Of a stretch of 64,000 nt of DNA, positions 9,981 through 21,600 are shown in pieces. The translations under genes were made by a program, and so were the position numbers. Each line of letters begins with the position of its first letter. Position 1 is the first letter of the stretch. The notes under the pieces are model-generated. The model was given only the letters and a program-made list of their open reading frames with translations, was not told where the DNA came from and did not search any database. The DNA is from Bacteroidota bacterium (GTDB taxonomy: Bacteria; Bacteroidota; Bacteroidia; J057; JAJTIE01): the NCBI GenBank assembly GCA_019638695.1, contig JAHBTG010000001.1, forward strand, positions 19,173 to 83,172, read 5' to 3'.

Positions 9981-10327
9981 TGCTAAAAGAATATTCTTGA
10001 AAGGTGTGTGCGTGAAAACAAACGATTGACTCTGTATTAAGCAATGTCAAATTGAGTGTAAATATATAATAATAACATGCGAACAAAGCGAATTGTGGTC
10101 TTGTTGCCGTTTTTTTTGTGTGAACTGCAGTTTGCTCCTCTTTTCTTGAACGGGTCATTCCACAGACAGCTGCTTTCCGGCAAGGCAACCGCACCCAAAG
10201 CACCGTCCGTTTACCAGAATCCGGATTACATACGGAGGGTGCCTGGCGCCTGCACTGACAGCCGCCCGATGGCGGCAAGATCCCTGTCATCAAAAACCCT
10301 TATCTTCGTCTATCCTCAATAGACCGT

Positions 10328-11200
10328 ATGGCTTCCCTCCATCGCTGGTTACTTTTTTTCCGGGCTTTCAGGCTGGCAGAAGTCTGTACACTGACGGGGT
10401 TCTTCCTGGCGGGGATCTGGTTTATTCCCAACTGGCAGCAGTTATGGCGCCTGCCTGCCATGTACCTATATATACTGAGCAGCTTTTTCTTCGTACTATC
10501 CGTGTATGCTATGAACGCCTGGCAAGGGTTTGGCGGAGATCAATGGAACCCTCGCCTGTATGCTGGCCAGCAACTGCACAGGAGGTATTTTCTGCACATG
10601 TTCGGGCTAGCCAGCTTCATCAGCCTGGGGATCCTACTCTATGCGTTTCCCCGCGTGATTTATCTTCAGTTGCCCGCTTTGGGATTATGGTACCTGTATG
10701 GGCACCCCCGCTTTGGACTAAAACATATTCCGCTTGCCGGCACGGCCCTTCACCTGGCAGCGCAAGTGCTGCACACGTGTATGGCCTATGTTGCTTTCTG
10801 CGACGGCTGGCCTCCCGGCTGGGTACTTACCGGCGGAGTTGCCTGGGGGCTGTTGTTCGCAGGGGGGCATTTGTTTCATGAAGCCAAGGATAAAGACGCT
10901 GACCTGCGGGCAGGTTCATTCACACTGGCGGCTTGGATAGGCAGCCGCCACGTAGTGCGGATAGGCATGGGCCTGTTTGTACTTTCGGCAGGTGTATTCA
11001 TGCTCCTAGCAGCGCAGCATACCTCCCTGATGCCGCTGGCCAGGGCACATCTCTGTGCACTGTGCATCATCATGGCAGGTTTTGGGGTGGCTACTTTCAA
11101 AGGATTCCCACCACACCTGCACACCCGGCAGTTCTCCTGGTTCTACCGGCTGGTCTATGTGCTGGTGCTAGGCAGCATGGCGTTTCGGCAATTGTTTTAG
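10328..11200 (+). CDS. Polytopic membrane protein, UbiA-prenyltransferase-like
   Basis: 290-aa ORF with ~8 hydrophobic segments. It has degenerate Asp-rich motifs 'NAWQGFGGDQWN' and 'EAKDKDADLRAGSFTLAAWIG' resembling the two UbiA-family motifs. The assignment is tentative. Confidence 0.45.
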   Translation: MASLHRWLLFFRAFRLAEVCTLTGFFLAGIWFIPNWQQLWRLPAMYLYILSSFFFVLSVYAMNAWQGFGGDQWNPRLYAGQQLHRRYFLHMFGLASFISLGILLYAFPRVIYLQLPALGLWYLYGHPRFGLKHIPLAGTALHLAAQVLHTCMAYVAFCDGWPPGWVLTGGVAWGLLFAGGHLFHEAKDKDADLRAGSFTLAAWIGSRHVVRIGMGLFVLSAGVFMLLAAQHTSLMPLARAHLCALCIIMAGFGVATFKGFPPHLHTRQFSWFYRLVYVLVLGSMAFRQLF

Positions 11201-11204
11201 ACCG

Positions 11205-13451
11205 CTACTCCGGCTTGCGGAGCGGCGCCTTAAAGGGATTGTTAGCAGGCGGGGTGACCGGTGCGGGCTCTTTAATATCGCTCAGGTCCAGGTCTTCATC
11301 ATCGGAGAAATCCTCCAGTTCGTCAAACATCTCCTTCATCATTTCCTCTTCCTGCTCCTTGAGATGCTCTTCGCTGGGGCCTCCGGTAGTATCCCGCACG
11401 GCCTCGCTCAGGTGCATGCGGATAGGACGGTGACGGTCTGCCATTTTATTACGCTGTTCATCCGGCAAAAAGATCTCGAACTCCACCCGCCGGTTGCGGG
11501 CCTTGTTCTGAGGAGTATCGTTGGGAAACACAGGCCGGGTATCTCCGAATCCCTGCGCAGTAATGCGGTCCGCTGCCAGTCCTGTCTTGTCCATAAGATA
11601 GCGCTTCAGGTTATCGGCGCGGTCTTTACTCAGCTTCAGGTTATACCGGGGTTTACCATCGCTATCCGTATGGCCGCGAATCTCCAGGCGGCAATCAGGA
11701 TGTTTCTTGATAAAGGCCACCAGGTCCTTGAGCTTGTCTTCCACGGTGGGATTGATCGTGGCTTCATCTGCAGCAAAGGTGAGTTCCTCAAACACCACGG
11801 GTTTGAGGTTGATAATACTTTCTTCAAATAAGTGAAACAGGCTGTCCTGGCTCATAGCGCCCTGGTTCTCTACCCGGAAGGCGTTCTCACCCAGGATAAG
11901 CAGCTGGTAGCGCCGGTTGTTGATGAGGTTAAACTCAAAATACCCATAGGAGTTGATGTGCAGGGGGGCTATTTCCACACCCTTGTCCAAGTCTATAGCT
12001 ACCACAATACCCGTGATGGGCTTTTGTGTAATGCTGTCGATCAGGTAACCTTTCAGGCTATACACAGCATCGGGCCGGGCCTCCATGGGCATGGGGAATG
12101 AATACAGATCGAAGTCCTCCTTATTCTGCACCTGGCTTTTGGCATAGAACAGGGTCTCTGCCTTATGGTCTATGGAAAAATAATACTCATCTCCGCTGGT
12201 ATTGACCAGGGGTCCCAGGTTGCGCGGCAGTTCCCAGTGATCCGTCAACCAGCGGGTGCGGAAGATATCGAAGCCTCCGAAATTGTGTACGTGGCCTGTG
12301 GAAGAGAAATACAGGGTATTGTTCACCGGATGCAAAAAGGGCGTCACCTCATCTTCTATGGTATTGACCACAGGGCCCACATTCTCTGCTTTCTGAAAAG
12401 TGCCATCCGGGTTACGCCGGCACATCCAGATATCCGTCCGGCCAAAGCCCTCTCCCCGGTTGGAAGCAAAGTACAGGATCTTCCCGTCCGGACTCAGGCA
12501 AGGATGGCTGTCCCAGTCTGCGCTATTGACCATAGCGCCCAGGTTCTCTGCCTTGCTCCATTTGCCGTTCTCCCACCGGCTGATGTACAGATCACACAAT
12601 CCATAACTATCGGGGGCATTGCACCGGGAGAATATCAGCTCCGTGCCCTCCAGGTTGAGGCACGCAGATCCTTCATTGAAGGGGGAGTTGATATTCTCCG
12701 GGAATCGTTCTGCAGGCAGCCATTTCCCCGTGGCCATATCTTTCTCTGTATAATACAGGTCCTCGGACTGGCCAAATCCCAGGCCGCCGATAGCATCCAT
12801 CTCTCCCCTGCGGCTGGTAAACACCAGCACCTGCCCGCTGGGATGCATAAAAGGCGCATAATCCGGTTTACCCACGGCATTGATCACGCTATCCATACGC
12901 ACCAGCACCTTCTTGGGAGGCAACAGCGTATCCACATGGCGCCGGGCTTCCACTATCCTGTAATAATAGTCCAGGTTTACATATTCATTGCGGCGCGGGG
13001 CCGTGAGCGCATCATAGTGCAAACGGATGTCCCTGAAATGCTGGCTGTGATTGTTCAGCGCCAGGGCATACAGCAGCACGGCCTGGCTGGTATCCTGCAG
13101 CAGTTCATTGAGCTGGCCCAGCTTCCACAGCATATCCAGGTCCTTGTCCTGGCCAAAGTTCTTGATGCCAAACTTCAGCACATATTCCCGCATCAGGGTT
13201 TCCAGTGCTTCGTAATCTTTGGACTCCCTGCCCTCCAGAGAGCGGATCTCTCCGCCAAGTCTTTTATTTTCAAAATAGGGCAGCTTGTTAATGTTCTCAA
13301 AAGGCAGGTAGGGCTCCACAGAGGTTTTTTGCACCCCCGTGTGCTTAAGGTATACAGAGCGGTTAAGCATCAGCTTCAAATCCTGGCCATGCACATACCG
13401 GCCACAGCATGTGAGCACAAGAAGAGTATAGAGAAGCCGATGGAAACGCAT
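11205..13451 (-). CDS. OmpA-family protein with TolB-like (PD40) beta-propeller repeats
   Basis: C-terminal OmpA domain 'LEIRGHTDSDGKPRYNLKLSKDRADNLKRYL...GFGDTRPV...NRRVEFEI' and repeated 'S.DGK.LYF.S.R.GG.G..DI' PD40-like units. The ATG at 13451 gives signal peptide 'MRFHRLLYTLLVLTCCGRYVHGQ'. The ORF-track start at 13514 is probably an over-extension. Confidence 0.85.
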   Translation of the reverse strand: MRFHRLLYTLLVLTCCGRYVHGQDLKLMLNRSVYLKHTGVQKTSVEPYLPFENINKLPYFENKRLGGEIRSLEGRESKDYEALETLMREYVLKFGIKNFGQDKDLDMLWKLGQLNELLQDTSQAVLLYALALNNHSQHFRDIRLHYDALTAPRRNEYVNLDYYYRIVEARRHVDTLLPPKKVLVRMDSVINAVGKPDYAPFMHPSGQVLVFTSRRGEMDAIGGLGFGQSEDLYYTEKDMATGKWLPAERFPENINSPFNEGSACLNLEGTELIFSRCNAPDSYGLCDLYISRWENGKWSKAENLGAMVNSADWDSHPCLSPDGKILYFASNRGEGFGRTDIWMCRRNPDGTFQKAENVGPVVNTIEDEVTPFLHPVNNTLYFSSTGHVHNFGGFDIFRTRWLTDHWELPRNLGPLVNTSGDEYYFSIDHKAETLFYAKSQVQNKEDFDLYSFPMPMEARPDAVYSLKGYLIDSITQKPITGIVVAIDLDKGVEIAPLHINSYGYFEFNLINNRRYQLLILGENAFRVENQGAMSQDSLFHLFEESIINLKPVVFEELTFAADEATINPTVEDKLKDLVAFIKKHPDCRLEIRGHTDSDGKPRYNLKLSKDRADNLKRYLMDKTGLAADRITAQGFGDTRPVFPNDTPQNKARNRRVEFEIFLPDEQRNKMADRHRPIRMHLSEAVRDTTGGPSEEHLKEQEEEMMKEMFDELEDFSDDEDLDLSDIKEPAPVTPPANNPFKAPLRKPE

Positions 13452-13469
13452 AGTCCTGCCAACAATACG

Positions 13470-13477
13470 TAAAAATA
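13470..13477 (-). promoter_or_regulatory. Candidate -7 promoter box (variant TATTTTTA)
   Basis: Minus strand reads ATGTCTATTTTTA, 18 nt upstream of the ATG at 13451. The same 12-mer precedes the TonB-dependent receptor gene (28712-28723). Confidence 0.35.
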
Positions 13478-13547
13478 GACATGCAGAGTTTCGCCTGCCG
13501 GGGATAGCATACACACCCGCCCCGGAATGGTTCGATGGAGATGTGTA

Positions 13548-14867
13548 CTATAGTGCATTCAGGGCGGCCTTATACACGTCCAGCGCCCGCTGACGGGCAG
13601 CGGCATGCGGCACCATGGGTTGCGGATACCGGTGTGTGCCATACTCCGGCACCCAGCGCCGCACATATACCAGCTGAGGATCAAATTTTTGAAGCTGGCT
13701 TTCCGGATTAAATATCCTGAAATACGGTGCCGCATCGCAACCGGAGCCGGCCGCCCATTGCCAGCCGCCGTTGTTACTGGCCAGCTCAAAGTCCAGAAGC
13801 TGCCCGGCAAACCAGGCTTCTCCCAGCCGCCAGTCTATCAGCAGGTGTTTGGTGAGGAAGCTGGCGACCACCATGCGCACCCGGTTGTGCATATAACCGG
13901 TGGCAGTAAGCTCGCGCATACCGGCATCTACCAGCGGATAGCCAGTCTCACCGGCGCACCAGCGGGCAAAGTCCTCCGGACTATCCCGCCAGGGGATGCG
14001 ATCATAAGCCGGCTTAAACGCCTGGTGCACTACGTGCGGGAAATGCCACAGGATCATCTGGTAGAAGTCCCGCCAGATCAATTCATTGAGGAAACTGCTG
14101 CTCAACTCCTGTGCGAGAGAGGCCACCCGTCGTATACTCAGCGTACCAAACCGCAGATGCACCCCCAGGCGGCTGGTACCCGGCTGACCGGGAAAGTCCC
14201 GTGTCCGGCCATAATGGCGCAGCAAATCATCCGGCACCTGCGGGCCGGGCCAGTCTGCCGGATGCGGGTCAAACCCTATTGTCCCGAGGCTGGGAACAGG
14301 CCGGGGTTCCGCACGCGCCAGCGCTCCCAGGTATTGCTCCACAGGATAGGGCTTCAGGTAAAACGCATCCAGGCGGGCCAGCCAGCTGCGACTATATGGG
14401 GTAAAAACCGTATAGGGCACCCGGGCTTGTGTAAGCACTTCATCCCTGGCAAAGATGACATGGTCTTTCAGTAGTGAGCACCGTACCCCGGCCTCCTGCG
14501 CCAGCTTTGCAACAGCAGTATCCCGGCTGCGGGCATAGGGCTCGTAATCTTCATTGGCATAAATGCCCTGCACGTTACCTGCAGCCAGCTGGGCCTGCCA
14601 AAAGTCTGCAGGGGTGCCATCATGCACCCATAACGTGGCGCCCTGCGCTGCATATGCAGCCTGCAATTCTTCCAGGGAATGATGGATGAAACTGACCCGC
14701 CGGTCCCGGCGCAGCAACCCGTCCAGCAAATGACGGTCAAAGATAAACACGGGCTGTACCCTGGCCCCACACGATTGTGCGTCTTTTAATGCCGCATAGA
14801 GGCCGGCATTATCGGCTATCCGCAAGTCCCTGCGGTGCCAGAACCAGATGGTACCTCCTGAAGACAT
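13548..14867 (-). CDS. Deoxyribodipyrimidine photolyase / cryptochrome family protein
   Basis: 'WFWHRRDLRIADNAGL' N-terminal photolyase motif and FAD-binding domain 'TGYPLVDAGMRELTATGYMHNRVRMVVASFLTKHLLIDWRLGEAWF...NNGGWQWAAGSG'. The ATG at 14867 is preferred over the TTG at 14882. Confidence 0.88.
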   Translation of the reverse strand: MSSGGTIWFWHRRDLRIADNAGLYAALKDAQSCGARVQPVFIFDRHLLDGLLRRDRRVSFIHHSLEELQAAYAAQGATLWVHDGTPADFWQAQLAAGNVQGIYANEDYEPYARSRDTAVAKLAQEAGVRCSLLKDHVIFARDEVLTQARVPYTVFTPYSRSWLARLDAFYLKPYPVEQYLGALARAEPRPVPSLGTIGFDPHPADWPGPQVPDDLLRHYGRTRDFPGQPGTSRLGVHLRFGTLSIRRVASLAQELSSSFLNELIWRDFYQMILWHFPHVVHQAFKPAYDRIPWRDSPEDFARWCAGETGYPLVDAGMRELTATGYMHNRVRMVVASFLTKHLLIDWRLGEAWFAGQLLDFELASNNGGWQWAAGSGCDAAPYFRIFNPESQLQKFDPQLVYVRRWVPEYGTHRYPQPMVPHAAARQRALDVYKAALNAL

Positions 14868-14917
14868 AAGTCCTCCCAACAATATCGGTACCGCGGAGGT
14901 TCAAACCCTCACTGCAA

Positions 14918-15466
14918 TTATCCCCCGGCCTGCTGCAAGACACAGAAGCTGGGTTCCCCTGCACACAGGTTAATAGAGGCCACATAGGCATAATAATGAG
15001 GGTTAGGGTTATACCCCCGGCGGGCCAGGTATTGATAGGGATTCTCTCCGTCATAGGGCGGATTCAGCGCTATCCACAGCTTCAGGTCCCAGATAGCGGC
15101 CTGCGCATTGGGGTAGCGGGCATGCCCCAGTTGCTCGCCCAGGCTATAGCTCCAGCGCTCTCCCGGGTGGATAAAGCCGAAGTAATTGTAATTGTGACGG
15201 GCCACCTCGCTTTCCAGCAACCAACCGCTCTCGGTAACAGCCACCTGGGTGAAAACCTCGGGGAAAGGCACCTCTTCCACGCGCAGGAGCTCGTAGAGCT
15301 CGCGGGCATTGTGGGGGTTACGGGCCGCCTGCCCGGCATAAGATGTAGCGGTAGCTTCCAGCATGGGTTTCCGGGGGGTCCCCGTCCAAGTGTAGAAGCT
15401 GATTCCGAGCGCAATGCCCAGGGCGACCAATGCCCCTACCTGCTCTCTTTTCCTCATATTAATCAT
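14918..15466 (-). CDS. Glucosaminidase-domain-like protein with N-terminal membrane anchor
   Basis: 182-aa ORF with anchor 'VGALVALGIALGISFY'. The segment 'AVTESGWLLESEVARHNYNYFGF' resembles the 'ILESG...NN.FG' core of mannosyl-glycoprotein endo-beta-N-acetylglucosaminidase domains. Confidence 0.5.
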   Translation of the reverse strand: MINMRKREQVGALVALGIALGISFYTWTGTPRKPMLEATATSYAGQAARNPHNARELYELLRVEEVPFPEVFTQVAVTESGWLLESEVARHNYNYFGFIHPGERWSYSLGEQLGHARYPNAQAAIWDLKLWIALNPPYDGENPYQYLARRGYNPNPHYYAYVASINLCAGEPSFCVLQQAGG

Positions 15467-15523
15467 TTAGGTCCAACCATGGTGAAATGTATAGGCAACA
15501 CTTCACCCTAAAAAATCGGGGGA

Positions 15524-15531
15524 CAAATTTA
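15524..15531 (-). promoter_or_regulatory. Candidate -7 promoter box TAAATTTG
   Basis: Plus strand CAAATTTA, which is TAAATTTG on the minus strand. It lies 58 nt upstream of the ATG at 15466. Confidence 0.3.
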
Positions 15532-15642
15532 ACATAATTATTCATTTGTCAAGCCATGTGATTAACATGTGCATAACAAACAGGGTTCAATAAGCCTTGT
15601 TTTTTAACAGATTTTAAATACGAGGCTATACCGGGAGCGTTA

Positions 15643-18600
15643 CTACAGTATGGAAAGCCGGAAATAATACTGCCTGCCTTTCAATCCCACCCGCAGGCTA
15701 TAGACGCCTTTAGCCAGGCCGTCCGCAGGGATTTCCAGCGTATAAACACCGGCAGTGTATCGTTTATGCACGGCAGGAAGCACCAGCTGACCCAGGTTGT
15801 TATAGCACTCCACCTGCACCCATTGATCTTCCGCAAAGTTGAAATCCAGGCTTACACCTCCCCTGGTAGGATTGGGATACGGTGAAGACACGTATATGCC
15901 GTCATCCATCCGGATCTGCGCAGCTGCGATATTGCTGTGGTAGGCCGCGCCGTCCAGGTCTTCGCGTATCACCCGGTAGTGGTACTGGGTATTGGGCAGC
16001 ACCTCTTCATCCATGTGGTAATAACGCCCGGCGACCTGGCTATGCTCTGCAGTAGTACGCGAGGCAATAGGCACAAAGGGCTCACCCGGAGCAGCACGCT
16101 GGAGCACATACCGCAAGGCGCTGCTTTCCGTGGTGTGATCGCTTACCCAGTTAAGGTCTATCTGGCTATACCGGGGCGCAGCGCTCAGGTACAGGTCATC
16201 GATAGCCAGGGGCATGGTGCCCGTCACCGGCGCAAACTCCGAGAAAGTGGTCAGCGCGGCACGGTAAGGATTGAGCCCCTGCGAACAGGGCTGCCCTTCC
16301 AGTACCCAGCTACCGGTAGCAGGCACAATCGTGCGCTTCATCACCGTCCAGGGAATGGAGCCGGGGCATTGCGTGGAAGTTCCATTTAAGGGATACAGGG
16401 TGATATTATAAGTGGAAGTACCCGCCGCATGATCGGGCTCTATCGTCCATTTACCATGATTGTCCAGGATGCAGTCCTTGGTTTCATCGCATTCCGTAAA
16501 AGGTGCAAACACAGGGATTGCCGAACTGGCATAGGAGGTAAAGAAGGCATCGAGATAGGTGAAGGTGGGAGCTGCCGTAAAGGTGATATTGGCATTCTGA
16601 TAACCCAGCAGGGCAGGGTCTATACCCACCGGGAAATCATAGGACTGGGCAGCCGCCTGGTCTACATGCCGGCGCAGGATACCCTGCACATACCCGGATA
16701 CCGAGTGCCCGGATACTGAACCGCCGCTGATGTTCTTCACGATGACCGTATCTGCCGTACCGGTGAGGATGCGCCCGGCCAGGGTACCCCACTTGAGCGA
16801 TCCACCGGCTTCCAGGGTCATATTGTCCATCAGGGTAACCGTGCTTGCATTATCCACCACCACATCATGCAGTTCTTCCGGGCCCGCATTGCGGTAATTC
16901 TGGTTGACATTGCCTACAAAGCCCAACACCCCGTTATGGGGCTCAAAGGTGCCGCTGTTCAGGAAATCGCCGCAGATAAGCAGGCTATCCGTGGCGGCAA
17001 TGGTGAGGGTCATACCGGGACCTATGGTCAGGGTGTCGGCATGCGCGGTAGCGCCGGCAATGACAGGCTGGTGCGGTGCGGTAATGTCCGTAATAATGGC
17101 GTTGAGATAGCAGGTAGGTACGCAGGGCGGTGTCCAGTTATTGGGGTCAAACCAGTCTGTACTCTCCGAGCCGTCCCAGTGGAGGCCATCCGGCATATCC
17201 AGGTGTATACTGTCTATGGCCAGGCAGCCCGTGGCGGCATTAGTAATGGTAACCGTATAGGTGACAGGAGCCGTAATGGTGGCAACAGGCGTGGGACTGG
17301 AGGGGTCGTCCAATCCTGTGACAGGGGTCCAGCTATAGGTATAGGTCACGGGATTGAGGGTGAAGCCCACATTATCAATGGCCCAGTTATCTCCGGTGCC
17401 CGTATTGTGCGTAAGCGACCAGCGGAACTGGGTGAAGCTGGTGAGCGCCCCTGCAGGAATGGCCACCTGATGGACCGTCCAGTTCATATTGCCATAGCTG
17501 GCAATATTCGTCCAGGTAGTGCCCAGGTCTGTAGAGTAGTCCAGGCGCACGAACTCGCCGGCATCCAGGTTGTCGCACCCGCCGCCGCTGCCGGCTTTCA
17601 GACTAAAGTCCAGTGTGCCGCCCGAAGCCACATCCACGGGTACGGTGACCGCTTCCCGGTAACCGCCTGTACCATTAAAGAACAGCGCATTGCCTGCGGC
17701 CGAGCCACAGGTAACGGCAGGTGCTCCGCCCACAATGCTGCTCCACAACATCCCCACCGTATCGGGGTCAAAATCATCTACGAACGGCACCACCAGGGCC
17801 TGCAACTGGGTGCTGGACCCAGGACACAACTGGGTAGTGGCGGCAGAGACCACTACCGGACTAAAGCCCACGATCACCTGCACGGTATCATAAGAAGGGC
17901 AGTTGGAGATGGAGTCTGTAATGGTTACCTCATAGTAGGTGGTGCGCACGGGGTTTACCACCGTGGTTGCCTGGGTGGGAGAGACGATACCGGCAGTGCC
18001 GCCTTCGGTGAGGTTGCGCCAGCTATACAGGTAAGGGTCGGCATTGGGAATGAACCTGATGTCATCAATAGCCCAGTTACCCGCATTGTTATTGTCGTTG
18101 TTATACTGGTAGAAGCGGAACATCGTGGCATTGGTGCGGGCTTCATCGGGAATAGGCAGGCTGTGCGCCAGGAAACCCGAAGAGGTCACATAGTTCACCT
18201 CCAGGTCTACCCAGGTGGCGCCAGCGTCTATCGAATACTGCACATACACCTCTTCCTGGGAAGGGATGATATCTATCTGCTCGCAGGGCAGCCCGGCATT
18301 GCCCAGGCGCATATTGAATACCAGGTTGCCTCCCGTAGCCGTATTGAGGGCCTTGGTGGTAGCTGAGCGTACCGGATTGGGGTTTCCGTTGAAGTAGAGG
18401 GCCAGGGTACCCGAACTGGCACCACAGCCCGTACCGGCAAATCCCCCGGTAATGTCCGACCACATGCCGGCATCTATACCCGGGTCAAAATCATCATCCA
18501 GACCGGCCACTTCGGTGGTCAGGGTTGCAGAGGTACCCGGGCAAAGCACCACGGGCGTAGCGGTAGTGGTGATATCGAAAGCCTCCGGGTCAGGATTATA

Positions 18601-21600
18601 CGGGTCTATCGAGTCCGTACCGGAACAACCGGTGAGGGTGTTGGTCATGGTAACCGTATACATCTGCGGGCCTGTTACGGGGCTTAGCCGGGGGTTTGGC
18701 AGTGTAGGGTCATCCAGCCCGGTAGCAGGGGTCCACAGCCAGGTATAGGACAAGGGATTCACGGTAATGCTCACATTATCGATGGCCCAGTTATCTACCT
18801 GGTGAATGGGCATATTGTCCGGGGGTCTGCGCTGGGCGGGCGAACTGGAATCATGCTGCCACCAGCGGAAGATCGTACAGCTGGTTTTGGCCGCATCCGG
18901 GATAGCCACAGTATAAGAACCCCAGGCGGTGCTGTTGGTGCCCACCCGGTCGCGGATCTCTATCCAGGTAGCGCCGCCGTCTATGGAATAGCCAAAGTAC
19001 ACTTCATCATTGTGGTCTGCTTCCACATCATTGCAGCCCGTAGCGCTGCCGCCGTCACCACCCACCCGCATGCGGTAGGTGATGGTACCGCCGGTGGACA
19101 CATCCAGCGGCCTGGTCTGTATGGAACGCAGGCTTAGCAGGCCGTCAAACATCATGGCAAAGCCGGAGACGGAGCCGCAGCGTTCCAGCGTCACACGTCC
19201 GCCATTGATGGTGCCCCACAACCGGGGATCATAAGTGGGGTCAAAATCATCACTGAATACCTGGGCCACGGTGCGCGCCTGCAGCTGGGTCTCTCCATCC
19301 AGGCACACATAGGCCGGCTGGGACAATGCCTCCACCTCCATATCGCAGGGGCCCAGGGTAACGGGTACGGTGGCAGTGCCTGTGCAACCGGTATTCGTGT
19401 TGGTCACCGTCACGGTATAAGTAATGTCAGCCGTTACATTCGTGGCGGTAGGGTTAGCGATCGCAGGGTCGTCCAGGTAAGTGGCAGGACTCCAGCTATA
19501 GGTATAGGGAATGGCTGCGGGAATGATGCTCACATTGTCCAGCGCCCAGTTGGCGTCATTGGCCGCATCCTGCGCGGTCTGCCACCAGCGGAACAGGGTA
19601 TTAGGGGTTTGCGCCCCCGCGGGAATAGCGGGGTTAAAGGTTGTCCAGCCGATGTTGGTTGCATGGGTGGTAAGGGTGGTCCACACACTGCCCCCGTCGG
19701 TACTATATTGGAACAAGACGGATTCGCCGGCCTCTATATTGTCACAGGTGCCGCCCCCGCCTACACGCAAAGAATAGCTCACGGTACCCCCGGCAGATAC
19801 ATCCAGCGGATAGGTGCGGGCATAGCGCGGAGCCGGATAGCCATCGAAATACAGGCCATACCAGGCAACGGCGCCGCACCCTTCATATACCTGGGTGGCA
19901 TGGGTGATCCGCCCCCCGTCTATGACCCACAAAGCAGAGTCTATATCTGGGTCAAAGTCATCACTAAAAGCAAAAGCGCCTGCAGTGGCGGTCATCTGGA
20001 AGCTTCCGCCGGCACAGATCTTTGACAAGCTCCTGCGCACATTCACGTCAAAACCGGAGGGAATGACGATAGTGCTGGCCGTACCCTGGCAACCGGTAAT
20101 AGGATTAGTCACGGTGACGGTATAGGTGGTCTCCGTACCGGGGCTGGCCACAGGATTGGGAATGGCAGGATCGCTCAGCCCGTCTGCAGGCGACCAGCTA
20201 TAGGTGTAGGTAATGGAAGCGGGCACTATGGCCACGTTGTCCAGCATAAACACATCTGCTGCGTTGGAGTTCTGCTTGAACTGCTGCCAGCGGAAGCGGG
20301 TGCTGCCGGTTTGTGCCGCAACAGGGATGGGCACGGAATAATTGGCCCAGGGGAAGTTCATGTTCTGGGTCAGCGGGTCGCCATAGGTGGCGATATTCAC
20401 CCAGGTATTGCCGCCGTCTACAGAGTATTCCAGGAAGACCAGCTCGCCGTCAAGCCCATCCGGACCATTACACGGCTCTGAACCGCCGGTACCACCTATC
20501 TGCATGGCAAAGTTGACAAAACCCCCGGCAGATACATCTACGGGAATAGTAGCGGCATAGCGGGCAGCATTGCCGGTGCCCGGACCGGTGAACTTGAGGG
20601 CATTGCCGGACATAGCACCGCAATTGGTAGCCACAGCGCCGCCAACAATGGTATGCCAGACACTGGCATCTACGGCAGGGTCAAAATCATCGCTCACCAC
20701 ACGGGGCGTCACATTAAGCTGGGAGAATGAGGCCGGACAAACGTTACTGAACACATTGGTCAGGTCCAGTACCAGCTGCGTGGTCGTTACCGTGATGACA
20801 TTGGTATGCTGCACTTCGGTGCAGGTGAGGTCGGCAGCCTGCCTGCGATAGTAGGTGGTTTGGGTAATGGCAGGCGGGGAAAGGTCGGGCGTATCAGAAG
20901 CGGCAAAGTCCGTCCAGGGACCGGACGGGTCATGCGCCCATTGCCATGTATACTCAATAGGCCCCCAGTGGATACCGGCAGCGCGGTCGCCCAGGATGAT
21001 CACCGGGACAGTACCCGCACAGATCACCTGGTTGGCAGCTACCAGTGTACCCGGATCCAGGCGGGGTACGGCAACCATCAGGGTATTGGAGATACGGTCG
21101 CATTGCGTAACATCGGCATCCATGACCACACGGCGGTAGTAAGTGGTATCTGTCAGTACAGGGGGCTGGTATTCCGGTCCGTAACCATTGGTTACTGTGG
21201 GCGCACCAGAGGCGATATATACATTATCCAGCATAAATACATCCGCCGTGTTGGAATTCTGTTTGAACTGCTGCCAGCGGATCTGCGTAGTGGCGGTGCG
21301 GGCCACCGGAGGAATAGGCACGCTATAACTTGTCCACGGAATATTCATGTCATTGGTGAGGGGATCGCCGTAGGTGGCGAGAGTATACCAGTTGGCACCG
21401 CCGTCGGTAGAATATTCCAGGTATACCAGTTCCCCGCTGGGCCCGTCCGGACCGTTACAAGGGTTTGCGCTGCCGGTGCCGCCCATAGCCAGGGCAAAGT
21501 GGATACTGCCGCCATGCGTCAGGTCCAGACTATTGGTCCGGGCATAGCGGGCGGCATTGCCCACGGCCGTACCTGTGAACTTAAGGGCATTGCCGGATAA

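Noticed and set aside
10077-10322. 81-aa ORF in the 347-bp gap between the adhesin gene and the UbiA-like gene.
   Set aside because: It has no motif and odd composition, and it lies in a likely promoter region for two divergent genes. There is no support beyond being open.
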